Source: Hyphochytrium catenoides | Lineage: Eukaryota > Protista > Hyphochytriomycota | Reading direction: 5' to 3' | DNA length: 59,653 nucleotides | NCBI GenBank assembly: GCA_900088475.1 | Contig: FLMG01002846.1 | Location: forward strand, 1-59,653 | Shown here: piece by piece, positions 48,601 through 59,653 of the stretch | Numbering within the stretch: the first letter of the stretch is position 1 | How the letters are laid out: each line of letters opens with the position of its first letter | The notes under the pieces: model-generated | What the model was told of the DNA's origin: nothing | What the model saw: the letters and a program-made list of their open reading frames with translations, nothing else | Databases searched by the model: none | Translations under genes and position numbers: made by a program

Positions 48601-49834
48601 TCAAGACACTTCTCAGAGTGCAAGATATCAAGGGTAGGATGCCACCATTTCTTCCTTCGAGAGTGTGAGCCTGAGACGGTCCTCTGCGTTCTCACCCCTT
48701 TGGTCTACCGTGCTCTCTCCCTCTTGATCGCTTTCTCTCGGACTCTTCAGCAGTTTTCTCTGTTTGCTATCGCTTTTTCACTCCCTTCTTAACTTGCGAA
48801 TCTATCTTCCTCCGCAGCCGTAGTGGGAAACGACGGTTCAGAGATCCGCTCGGTGGAGGACGTGGAGGAAGGAGAGACGGTGATCGTGGTCCCTTTAGGT
48901 ACGCAGCGAAGCAAGCTGACGTCCAGCTGAACCTATGTATAGCGGGGGTTCGTATCCCTTTCTCCTTCCCTTCTCCCCCTCGTCATTCATGTCTCTCCTG
49001 TCCAACTCTGCCCCCCTCCCTGTGTGCTCTGTCCTCTCTTCTTTCTCCCAAATCCTCCACCTCCTGTACACCAACCCACCTTCTCCTCCTCTTGCTCTGG
49101 CTACGCTTGACTACAGAGGATTCTCGTAGCTTTGACTCACCCGAAGGCTCCACGAGAAGCTCACGCGTTAGAAGCTCTTTCTCTGTCGATAGGGTAGGAC
49201 CGATATCTGCTTCCATGTCTGTTTCTCTCTCTCTGGGGGCTCCTCACAATGACTATTCTACCATGTCTTTCCTTAGCTTTGTTGCTAATGAAGATGTGGC
49301 TTCTTGCTCACTGCTCCAATGTCTCCTACGGCCCCTAACAGACGTATTCAATCTCCAGAATGCTAATTTTTCTAGCTAGCTTACACTTACTACCGCTTCT
49401 CCTTTGCTTCTCTCATACTTACCTGGGGAGTGTTGACCAATATTATGCACTCCTTCTCACTCCCTTTCTCTGCCAGGGACTTTTCCCTTGGAGGCGGAAG
49501 TCTATAGAGTTAGGTATCGACGACAGAGAGCCACCTAGAACACATCTAACAGAGGTAGAACAAGCTTCGCAGTGCCTCTTATTTAGCATCCCCGTTCTGC
49601 GCCTCTCTTCTTCCTTCTCCGCTTGCGCTCTCCAAACCTTGCCCTCTCTCATACTCGTCGTCTTGTTGACTCTTTCCAACCTAGCAGGGAGATGGTGAAG
49701 CAGTAGGCAAAACGCGGAGAAGGGTGTCCAGTAGGAGACAAGGAGGGGGAGGAAAAAAGCAGGGGCTTAAGCTGTTCAGAAGAAGGAGAAGCTCTCCTGA
49801 ACGCTTAGCTGTTCCCTACACTATGGGAAGATAG
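42320..49834 (+). CDS. TMEM245: TMEM245-like multi-pass membrane protein (AI-2E/UPF0118-related) with a C-terminal extension
   Basis: FKLFEDYFKLILWAFLLSQALRAPRDSL; LFFVSLLFFLLS; LEGVFF...HALITMITF; INPYITGLSYVFGWWAFGME|GVLVGPLVVCL. In-frame exons continue to TAG at 49832-49834. Confidence 0.85.
47667..47832 (+). repeat. Three-copy ~55-bp pyrimidine-rich minisatellite in a TMEM245 intron
   Basis: Unit cctccctcattccatctcctctacctctttttctctcttctgtctctgtctct occurs three times with few substitutions. Confidence 0.85.
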
Positions 49835-50175
49835 GATAGCGGCAATGAAAAGTGGGAATGACGAACCGGAACGATGGAGAGGTAACTATGAGGCAAAGAG
49901 CGGGATCAATGCATGCTTTGAATTAATCCGCATCCAGTAAGACAGCGAGGGAGCGAGACAGACAGACAGAAAGAGAGAAAAGTGTACATTTGGCCAGCGA
50001 GACGAAGGATTGAACATCTCCTGTATATAAACAGTATAATAGACCTCTAGCCTCTTGATTTGACCGTAGTGAGACGGTCAAGGAAGTAGATACAAAGGAG
50101 AGAGAACGAAAGCTAAAGACAGTAATTGGTACATCCCACTATAAAGCTCTTCTTTGATATGTCTCCGCGGGAGCG

Positions 50176-52369
50176 TCAAAAGAAATCGAAGCCCGAATCT
50201 GCAGTGGAGGTTGAAAAGAAGACATACGGAAGAAAGAGAGACAAAGGCCATGGTCAGTCACCTCTTTCCCTGCACCTCATTTTTAGAGACAAGGGTAATA
50301 GGAAGCATTAACATCTCACCTAAGATGAGCTCCTCGGAGTCCAAGACGTCCAGAGAGAAGTTGTCCAGCATAGATACAGCGGCATCGGGGAGCACGTCGA
50401 ACTCTAAGGGAACCGACGGTAAGGAGCAGTATGGCAGGCGAGAAACCGGATCAGAGAGTGGGTTCGACAGAAGGGCACCGAAAAAGGAAGAGCTGAATGG
50501 ATCAAAAGCTATCCAATTACATACAGAACCAAAGAGACCGTTGGAGAGGGCGGACGACTCTTCCAGGGGGAGAGGGAGAAAGAAAGAGAGAGAGAGAGAG
50601 AGAAAGAAAGAGAGGCCACTCATCCTGGTGCACTAGAAAGACAACGCTATCATAATAGAGTAAGATGACCGACAGAGTAAGTGACCCTGGGGACCATTGA
50701 CTACTTTTACTAGAAAGAGAGTAGTGGAGGCTGAATGTAAGGAGCGCTTACCGTTGAGAGCCTTTACATCTGGTGGTGGGAGATCACCTATCTTCTCTCC
50801 TGCTAGTGGAAGGTCTGGCAAGAGTACCACGTCTGCCCCAGCTCCTGTCCCCGAATCTGAGGTTTGCCTGCTCCGCTTTTTTGGCTGCACAGCAAGAGAG
50901 GCAAAGCATGCATGGCAGCAGAAGGATTAAGAGGATAAGAAAGGAAGCATACAGGGAAAAGGAGAGAGGAAGGAGGCATGTACGCCATGAAAAGGCTCTA
51001 ACAGAAAATTGTGCGCGTTTTGCCGGACCGCATGGGGAAGCGAGAAGAAGATCAAGGAGAAAGTTACGCTAAAAGGCCAAGGAAGGGGCTCAAGGGAAGA
51101 CACTTGAGAGATAAAGTGGAAAGCGCTTTAGCTAGAACGAAAGAGTATTCATTCTTGACCTTTATGGGGCCGTCTGCCGATTCTGTTGGAACCGTTCCAT
51201 GTGATAGTATACCAGAGAAAGAGACGAACCAAGCATGCATGAAACTCCATTAGGGGTTTATCAAGGCAAGAGACAACTTTGTAGAGCGAGAGCAGAAAAG
51301 CAAACAAAAATCAAAGAGAGAGAACTACAAACGAGAGAGAGACAAGGAGAGGCAGTCTATTAACGAAAGAACGAGCACGATGTAAGGAAGTAAAAGAGAA
51401 GGAAGACACAAAGACAAATCTGCCAACACAAGCACACACTCTCACCATGCTTCTTCTTTCTTTTGACCCCTTTAGTTGCCCCTTCTCGGCTTTTTTTCTG
51501 AGGAGACACGGAACCTTTCTTCTCACCCTGAAGCTGAGAGGCAGCGAGGGCCCAAGAGTTGACGGTGCTTTTCTTCCTTCCTCCGGCAGAAGAAGAGAGA
51601 GGAGCCCGAGAGGAGGCCCGTCTACCCTTGCCCATACATTTTTCTAAGTGAGGAGCGTATCGAGTAGGATGAACCTAAAAGAAACCACAGGGATGACTTT
51701 AGTTTGCCAGCACACGCAAGAATAGATATCAAAAACTGACGCAGAGGAAGAAACTGTCTATATATTATGGGCATCTCTTGCAAGTAGGTGGATAAGAGTA
51801 GAGAGAGCGCGAGACCGACAGCGTGGCCGGCGAGGGGCACCGAAGAGAGAAAGAGGAAGAGAGGGAGGAAGCGAGAGAGAAAGAGACATAAGCTGTGTGA
51901 TACAGGACGGTCATAAAAGGCGGAGGCACATGGGTTGAGAGATTGATGTTGAGCTGAGGACATTTGACATTTTGCTCCAAAGATGCAGAAGAACGGAGGA
52001 GAGAGAGAGAGAGAGAGAATAAAACCAGGAGAAGCTGGGAAAGTTGAGGATAAAGAGGGGAACAACTCACACTCCTTCCGCAGTTGGAACAGTTGAAGTT
52101 CATGGGTGGCTCCTTGGGCGCCGTCCTACCAAATAACTCTGTGGCACCGAGGTCGTTGAAATGAGATGAACAGAGATGAAGGATAAAGAGCCGACAGTAG
52201 AGAAAAAAGGAAACCCGTGCGGTCCGTGCGATAGACACGAAGAGACAAAACGAAGGAGAGCAGGCGCGCGGCACGCCACAGAAACAATACGGAGCCCTTT
52301 GATTCATAGGCGAAGAGGCAGAGAGGATTGGACAGAAAGAAGAGAGAGATAAGAAGGAGAGAGATAAGA

Positions 52370-52427
<58 letters not shown>

Positions 52428-53419
52428 GAGAAAAAGAGAGAGAGAGAGAGAGAGAGAGTAATAGCGGATAAAAGAGGTGTGAGAGATAGTGATGACTACC
52501 TGTCTCGTAACTCTTTCTCGCATCCCTGACGAGGGGCGAGTCATAAATATCCTCCAAGGAAAGAACTCCAGTCTTGACCATCCGGTGCATCTGCAGTCGA
52601 AGCGCGGTTAAAGAATAAGAGACGTACAGAAAGGGAAGAGAGGCCCAAAAGACCTTTGGAAAGCTCAAGCAGGAGGAGAGCCTTGCAGGGCAGGAAGGAG
52701 ACACAAGAGACTGGCACAATCAGACCCATTCGGTAAGGTAAGCAACCACCCAGAGACAATATGGGAACCTGAAGGACGCAGGACAAACAGAAGAGAACGA
52801 AATGAATATAGAAAGGAAAAACAGAGAGAGAGAGAAATCAGGAGAGACGGGGGGTTGAATAAATCGAGCGGGAGAAAGAGAGAAAAAGAGAGAGAGAGAA
52901 GGGGGGAAGAAAGAGNNNNNNNNNNNNNNNNNNNNNNNNNNNNNNNNNNNNNNNNNNNNAGAGAGACAGGAAGATTGGGCCTTTCTCTCGCACCTTGAAG
53001 CAAAGCTCATGTGCTAACTCGTCAATAAGACAGTCCAGGACTTGACTTAACTCTGTCTCGATCTTCGGTGCCTCTCTTCTGTTGCTTTCGCCCTTTTCTA
53101 TCCCTAGACTGACTTTATCTCTATTCCTATCTTCTGGTGAAGCCACATTCTTGTCTCTTCGTGAGTCCTCCTCTTCTTTCCCCTGTCCATTGCTATTATC
53201 CCCTCTATCGTTTAGCTCTACTCTCGGTCCTAGATGCTCCTTTTCTCTAGTGTCTCTCTCTTCCTCAGAGCCAACTTGTCTTCCTCCGTTCTCTTCTTTC
53301 CTCAGCGTCTCAAGTTGGATGCTGGTCTCCATCCTCCGTCTTCCTCCCTCTGATTCGTCCTTCTTCCCCTGGGCCTTCTCTTCCGTTGCAGGAGAGGAAG
53401 ACGAGCCCTCTGAGGCCAT
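50176..53419 (-). CDS. SGF11: SGF11/ATXN7L3-like SAGA deubiquitination module subunit
   Basis: LDCLIDELAHELCFK|MHRMVKTG and zinc finger FNCSNCGRS|VHPTRYAPHLEKCMGKGR. Downstream exons join in consistent phase and end DSGFDFF-TGA (50176-50178). Confidence 0.88.
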
Positions 53420-54339
53420 GGCAGAAGTTGGGCGACTCCTCTTGCCTCTCTTCTCGAAAGGGTTTTCCCTATCTCTTTTCTTCGTCTCTGCTCCTCCCCT
53501 TCTCTTTTTGACCTCCTCCTCCCCCGGAGTCTCCTCCCGCAGCTAGCTTCCGGCCATAACGTAGATTGGCTTTCGTGGACCGGTGTCACTCCTCTTATTG
53601 CTCTAGGCGGCGCTCTGAGCTGCTTTCTCTTAAAGCCTGATGCCGGTTTCACGTGTCCCACAAGCCAGTTCGAGCGGTAGGCGAGCGCTATAGCAGCGGC
53701 ATCAAGGCAAGGGGATCATAGATTGGGGAGGCACAATGACAGAAAGAGAGCAAAAGATAGCGAAGAGGCCATCTTGAGAACGGACAACCAAGAGGAGACG
53801 AAGAGCGAGCGAGCGAGCGAGCTAGAGCGAGAAGAGAGAGAGGGAGGAAGGAGAGAGAGAGAGAAGGGAGAGAGAGAGAAAGGAGAAAGAGAGAGAGAGA
53901 GAGAAGGGCAAGGGATGATGGCTGTTGTGATGGTTTGATGGACTGAAAGCATCACTGATCGATAACCGATATTCCCGGTTACTAATCTTGTTCCTTTGTT
54001 AGTTATTGAGACATAATTTGAGATCTAATACCGGGCTCTTGATGTATAGAGCATAATCAGCAGTCGTATACGGAATACCGTATCACGCCATAGTATGGCC
54101 GATATCGGAGGTTTTCCCGGTTTTCCAAGAGAGAACGGCTCATAAAAGTCCGCTCTGGATCCTACGGTGGCGGCAGATCCGACTTCTCAAAGTCAAACCT
54201 GGCATTTCCCTCCATTTGCCCTCATCTCTCTCTCTCTTTCCCTCTCTCTCTCTCTCTTTCCCTCTCTCTCTCTCTCTCTCTCTCTTTTTTTCTCTCTCGC
54301 TCTCTCCTCTCTCTCTCTCTCTCCCTTTCTCCACTCTCT

Positions 54340-54377
<38 letters not shown>

Positions 54378-54847
54378 TTTTTCTCTCTCCCTGCTCGCTC
54401 TCTCCCTGCTCTCTCTCTCTCTCTGTCTCTCTCTTTCTCTCTCTGTCTCTCTATCTCTCTCTTCTCTCTTTTCTCTCTCTCCCTGCTCTCTCTCTCTGTC
54501 TCTCTCTCCCTGCTCGCTCTCTCCCTGGCCTCTGTCTATCTCCTCACCCCAGATTGATCTTCCCTTTTTTGACATTTCTTTCTCCACCTCTATTGGCATC
54601 TTGAACTCTGTTCCCAGCAGACATCAGCAGCCGCAGAAGGAGATCACTCTCTAAAACCAACTGTCAGCGGCAAGAGCAGCAAACCATCGCAGCAGCAGCT
54701 CTTCCGCACTGAAGAGAGGATTTGCAAGGTTCTAATCGTTTGAAGCTCTGAGACGAGTAAAAGACCAAGAGAGAAAAGAGACGAAGAGAGCTCAAGAGAG
54801 AGAGAGAGAGGAAGGGAGAGAGAGACGAGTCCTTCCCGTTTGACATC

Positions 54848-56602
54848 ATGGCACGAGTGTACGTCGGTAACCTACCTTTGGACATCCGCAAAAGGGATGT
54901 AGAGGATATCTTCTACAAGGTGAGCCTCGCGCATGAGAGCACAAAGGAGATGGTTGAGAGAGAGAGAGAGAGAGAGAGAGACATAAAGAGAGACGTTTTG
55001 AAAAGAAAGCAAAAGACTTGAGTCAATCAATGCGTGGAGGTGTCGGCGTTTCTCTGTTTTCCCTAGACTTCTTGCATCTCAAGCACTTCGTATGTTCCTC
55101 TCAGCTTCGCGTCTCTTTCTAAGTCTTTCAAAGGGTTCTCAGTTTAAAGGATCGCTCGTTTTCCACCTTCCCCCTCATTCTTCTCATTCCTTTCCCTCAC
55201 CATCTGCCGCTGGCACTCTGTGACTCTTCGACGTCTGACTCTTTCACTTCCCTTGTTGCCTTTCTTCTCTTTTTACTCTTGCTTCTCTCTCTCTCTCTCG
55301 CTCGCTCCCCTTCGCCCCAACCCCGTCGTTTCCCTCTCTCACTTCCCCACCCTCCCTTCCCCTTTTTCGCTTCCTTTCTCTCTCCCGTCTCTCTCACTCT
55401 CTCTTTGCTACCCTCAGTACGGCCGCATCTTGGATATTGACATCAAGGCGCCATCCCGACCTCCAGCATTTGCCTTCGTGGAGTTCGAGGACCCAAGAGA
55501 CGCCGAGGACGCGATCTATGGGAGAAACAATTACCGCTTTGAGGGAGAGCGCCTGCGTGTGGAGCTTGCCAACAGTGGAGGAAGGAGAGGAAGAGGGGGA
55601 GAGAGAGACTTCCGTGGGGGAGGAGGGAGAGAGAGAGGAAGAGGAGGCTCTCAGCGCCGCTCCGAGTGGGGCGTGGAGGTGTCTGGTCTGCCCAAGTCTG
55701 GGAGCTGGCAGGATCTTAAGGATTGTATGAGGCAGGCGGGAGACGTCGTCTTCAGTGACGTGGACCGACAGGGAGGAGGCATCGTGGAGTTCGCTAAGAA
55801 GGAAGATATGGAGTATGCCATAGATAAGCTCGATGGATCAGAGTTCAGGAATAAGTTTGATACAGCGACCATCAGGTAATGCTTTCTCTACGTCTTGCTC
55901 TCTCTCTCTTTCTTTCCTCCTCTCCTCCCCCTCTCCTCTTGTTCTCTTGATTCCGTTGGTCTTAGAGTTCCCAATTTCTTAAAATCTAACTCATTCTTTC
56001 TTTCGCCTGGCCAACGTCTGTCTCTTCCTGCTCTGTTCCTTCTTTGCAGAGTCCGTCGCCGTCGCAATAAGGACAGCAGGAGCCGCAGTCGCAGCCGCAG
56101 CCGGAGCCGGGACAGAGGAGGGAGAGGACGAGGAAGAGATAGAAGCAGGAGCAGGAGCAGAAGTCCCAGCCCGGCTCCTAGAAAGGACAGCAGAGACGAA
56201 AGATCACCTGAAAGGGAGAGAGATTCTAGGAGGGAGGAAGAGGATAGGGAGGAGAGGAGAGACGAGAGGAGGGAGGAGAGAGAAAGAGAGGAGGAGCCTC
56301 AACGCCACTCTGATGACAGGGAGGAAAGCGAGCCTACGAGGGAATCTAGGTCTCCGAAAGCCGTCTCGCCTCAAAAGAGGATGGAGGTTGAAGATGAAGA
56401 AGATAGGGAAGAAGAGAGACAAGAGAGAAAGGAAGAGCCAAAAGAGGAGGAAGAGAGCTCTCCTGCTGAAGACAATCTCCCTCAGAATCTGTCTTCTTTG
56501 ACTGTCGTCCAGTTGAGAGAGGAGCTAAAGAAGAGAGGACTGGAGACCAAAGGAGTGAAGGCAGATCTTGTTGCCCGTCTAGAGGAGGCGATCAGGAAAT
56601 GA
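54848..56602 (+). CDS. SRSF1: SRSF1/SF2-like SR splicing factor (2 RRMs, RS domain) with a C-terminal SAP domain
   Basis: [22 protein letters not shown]|[32 protein letters not shown], pseudo-RRM SWQDLKD, then an RS tract. Exons 54848-54919, 55418-55875 and 56050-56602. Confidence 0.93.
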
Positions 56603-56896
56603 GAGTGTAGGAGACAGAAGGCTATTCTTTGTCATCCTGCTCTCTTCGCTTCTCTCACTCCGTCTCTCTTTCTTGCACTCGGGCTCTTTCTTCTTCATTC
56701 GTTACCTAGGTACCTTTCTGCGGTCTCTCCTCCTTCCCGCTCTCTCCTTACGTGCAGAGTATATTGCCTCTCTTATTTTGTCGAGGTATAGCGGCTAGTC
56801 CTTTATAATGCTGAGTTATCATCATAAAAGTAATTGACACGACTTTCATTAACCCTTCTCGCTCCGTCCTCGTGAAGTCTTTCTAATCTCCCCCTA

Positions 56897-56963
<67 letters not shown>

Positions 56964-57029
56964 ACCCGTTCTCAAAGGGTAGCTCGGTTCTTCGCTCTCT
57001 CTCTTCTTTCACACACCAAGGCAACTTCT

Positions 57030-59161
57030 TTACAACTTGCTCTTTGCTTGGCCAGCATCTCTGCTCTTTCTCTCAATCTTCTTGGAGAACTCTCTAATCA
57101 TCTCCTTTGGAGCCACAGGAGGCTTCCACATCCAGTTGGCTCCGTCACTGACAAGAGTCTCTCCCGTGATGTTGGCGCCAGCCGAGGAAACAAGGAAGAG
57201 AGATGCCATGGCGATGTCCCAAGGCGTCCCCAGACGATGTAGTGGAACTACTTCCTTTACCATCTCTTCCACTGCCCGGGGCAAGACGAATGGTTAGCGA
57301 ATTCATAGAGAGAAGGAGACGTAGATGGAGAGAGACAGAGACAGAGAATAAGTGCAAAGGCGGGAACACCCGTCTAACGGAGGCAATATTTGCAAAGACC
57401 AAATAAGATATCAATGTAGGGAAAGAGAGCAGGATTCCTGGCACATTCATTGCATATAGTGACAGACAGTAAGAGAAGAGAAGAGAGAAAGAGAGAGAGA
57501 GAAAGCGAGAGCGAGCGAGAGAGGACACGAGCAGAAACAGAGAGCAGAGAGAGAGAGAGAGAGAGAAAAAGCACTATAACCAAGTCAGCAAGCTTGACCG
57601 CAGGCTCAAAGTCCACTTACTCGCTTCTGTATCGTCACTGCCGCCAAGTTTTGTTAGTCCCGGAGTGCCCGCTATGGGTCCAGGAGCAATGCCAATGACT
57701 CTGATTCCGTAGCAGCCCCATTCCAGCGCCAGAGATCGGGTCACAGAGTCCACAGCCGCCTTAGCTGCGGACGCTGAAGGTAAAAAAGAGCAGGAGCCAA
57801 GGGTTAAAAACATCAAACCAGAAGTCTATGAAAGGATGGAAGAAAGACACTGAAACCGACAAACTGAAGAAAGGCTCGCAGATACTGAGGCTCCAACCAC
57901 AGGAGGGAGAAGAGCCTTGCACTAGCTAACTTTATGCGTTGGCACTCTCTCTAGGTGAGAGAGAGAGAGGACCAAAAGAGAAAGATCAAAAGGATGAAGA
58001 AGAACGGTGAGATTTTTTCTCTCTTGGCCTGACCATGTACTTGGTACCAAGTGGCTCCATAATGCAATGTTGCGCTAATGTTGATAATAACTCCGTTTCC
58101 TGCCGCCTTTAAGGCCGGAAAGGCAGCGGAGCACATGTTGAACGTGCCCACAGAATCTATGTCAAGCACTGTCCGGAACCCTAGAGAGGAGAGGTGAAAA
58201 GAGAAGCAAGATGAACAGGCGCGACAGGGTGAGAGAGACTGAAGACTCAGAACCCTGCTGGTCAGGGCGGCTGAAGGAGAAAAGAAGACACTGAAGGAAA
58301 GAACTCGAGAAGTGCCCATAGTCGAAACTGCAAGGTTTAGATCACGGCCTTCTCTCTTCTTACAGTCCTTCTTATACACGCTGCTCTTGTCTTCTCTCTC
58401 TCTCTCTCTCATTTTCTCTCTCCCTCTCTCTCTTTCTCTCTTTCTCTCTCTCTCTTTTTCTTTACCTTTGACACTAAGCTCTTCCGCATTGACCAGAAAG
58501 TTCCCTGCTGCTGCATTGATTAGCGTGTCCAGGCGGCCGAACCTGCTGCTTGTCTCCCTCACTGCTCTCTGGCCGTCCTCTTCTCTTCTGACATCCCCAA
58601 CCACGAAGTGTGCCGAAATCTTTTCTTGGGAGAGAAAGTCTACGGCTTTCGCTGGTAATATGTGAGAGAGAAGGGAGACAAGGATGAGAATGTTAGACGG
58701 CGGCAAATCAGGAGGGACGCATCTACAGAGAGGAAGACACACTTGACAACAAAAGAGAGCTCATCCTTAGGTTAGAGAGACAGAGACAAGAGAGACAAAG
58801 ACAGAAGAAAGAGAGAGGCCGAGAGAGAAGAGAGAGAGAGGCCGAGAGAGAGAGGCCGAGAGAGAAGGCAATGGAGAGGGAGGAGGAGAGAGAGAGAGAG
58901 AAAGAGAAAGGGAAAGAGAGGAGAGAAAGAAAGAGCGAGAGGGGAGAGAGAAAAGTGGGGGAGAGAGAGAGAGAGGCGTGAAAAGCGGACCAGCTTACCT
59001 AGCACCGCTTCGCGCCGGCCCATGATAACCACCTTAGCTCCATGTCTCCCCAGCTGGCGAGCAATCTCCAGGCCAATGCCTGACCCTCCGCCCGTCACCA
59101 GCGCCACACGACCGGCCAGGCAGGTGGGGAGAAATGGTGAAGATAGCGCGGGGTTCGACAT
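57030..59161 (-). CDS. DECR2: Peroxisomal 2,4-dienoyl-CoA reductase (SDR family)
   Basis: TGGGSGIG, INAAAGNF, IDSVGTFNM, INISATLHYGATWYQVHASAAKAAVDSVTRSLALEWG, IAPGPI, PLHRLG, ITGETLVSDGA; C-terminal SKL (PTS1). An intron ends just before the ATG at 59159-59161. Confidence 0.95.
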
Positions 59162-59653
59162 CCTGACAGGACAGCGAGAGAGAGAGACAAGGAGAGAATG
59201 CTGAGGACAGAAAGAGAGAAAAAAAAGAGAGAGAGAGAGAGGACGCTCGCTCTCTCGTTTGTTTCTCGTTGCGGATACGGGTATCGTCCTTGCGTCCTTC
59301 TCCCTGCTCCCTCGCCCGGCGCTGCGCTTACCTTGGAAGTCAGAATGAGATGGCGATGGAATGTCCGGATGACTCAATCTCTTCTTCGACGTTGGGTTTC
59401 TTCAGCCTCCTCGGATTAGTTACCTCTGGAAACTATCTCTCGCGATCTTTAGCTGTTGTCTAGCCTCGAATCTCTTCAGAATGGAGTCGGCAGATCGAGG
59501 CACTCGCAGTCTCTTTTACCTCATCACTTGCTTATCCTCTGAGTGTTATTTCTCTCTCACTCTTGCTGCACGACGGTCTTCTCTTTTCTCTCCCTCCCTT
59601 CCCTTTCTCTCTCTCTCTTGCTCCCTATCTTTCTCTCTTCTCTCTCTCTCTCT

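Noticed and set aside
54200-54620. Long CT tract followed by AG upstream of SRSF1 (similar upstream of MED9 and SGF11), resembling a trans-splicing outron
   Set aside because: Plausible GT donors exist upstream (e.g. gtatgg near 54093), and CT-rich leaders or 5' UTR introns explain the pattern. No spliced-leader evidence is visible.
59162-59377. N-terminal extension of DECR2 in the ORF track
   Set aside because: It begins at TTG and crosses a GT-AG intron (~59331-59163) that ends just before the ATG, so it is 5' UTR.
2863-59463. Dozens of ORFs rich in LSLSLS or RERERE in the supplied track
   Set aside because: They are translations of (CT)n/(GA)n tracts in introns and UTRs, or antisense shadows of real exons.

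Overview
This is intron-rich eukaryotic nuclear DNA with canonical GT-AG introns, the standard genetic code and a few N gaps. A flagellated protist, possibly a stramenopile, is an inference from gene content only. I traced ten spliced protein-coding genes by hand: DBP9/DDX56 helicase (+), a long ZIP4/SPO22/TEX11-like meiotic TPR protein (-), Spg1/Tem1 GTPase (-), KIF27/KIF7-type kinesin-4 (+), MED9 (+), ALKBH8 (-), TMEM245 (+), SGF11 (-), an SRSF1-like SR protein (+) and peroxisomal DECR2 (-). Two identical tRNA-Val genes with the anticodon GAC, atypical for eukaryotes, flank DBP9. Most supplied ORFs are artefacts of (CT)n/(GA)n tracts. The most notable observations are: the G34 tRNA-Val with a bacterial/plastid-like anticodon loop on a cytosolic-type body; a recurrent intron class with (GA)n near the donor and (CT)n near the acceptor that could fold the intron; a 250-nt near-perfect foldback next to a zinc-knuckle ORF; a ~15-kb microsatellite-poor block holding the meiosis and cell-division genes; and several unusual domain additions (SR protein plus SAP, TMEM245 plus a DCX/KHA-like domain, acidic tails on MED9 and SGF11). 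Exon models are manual and lack transcript support.
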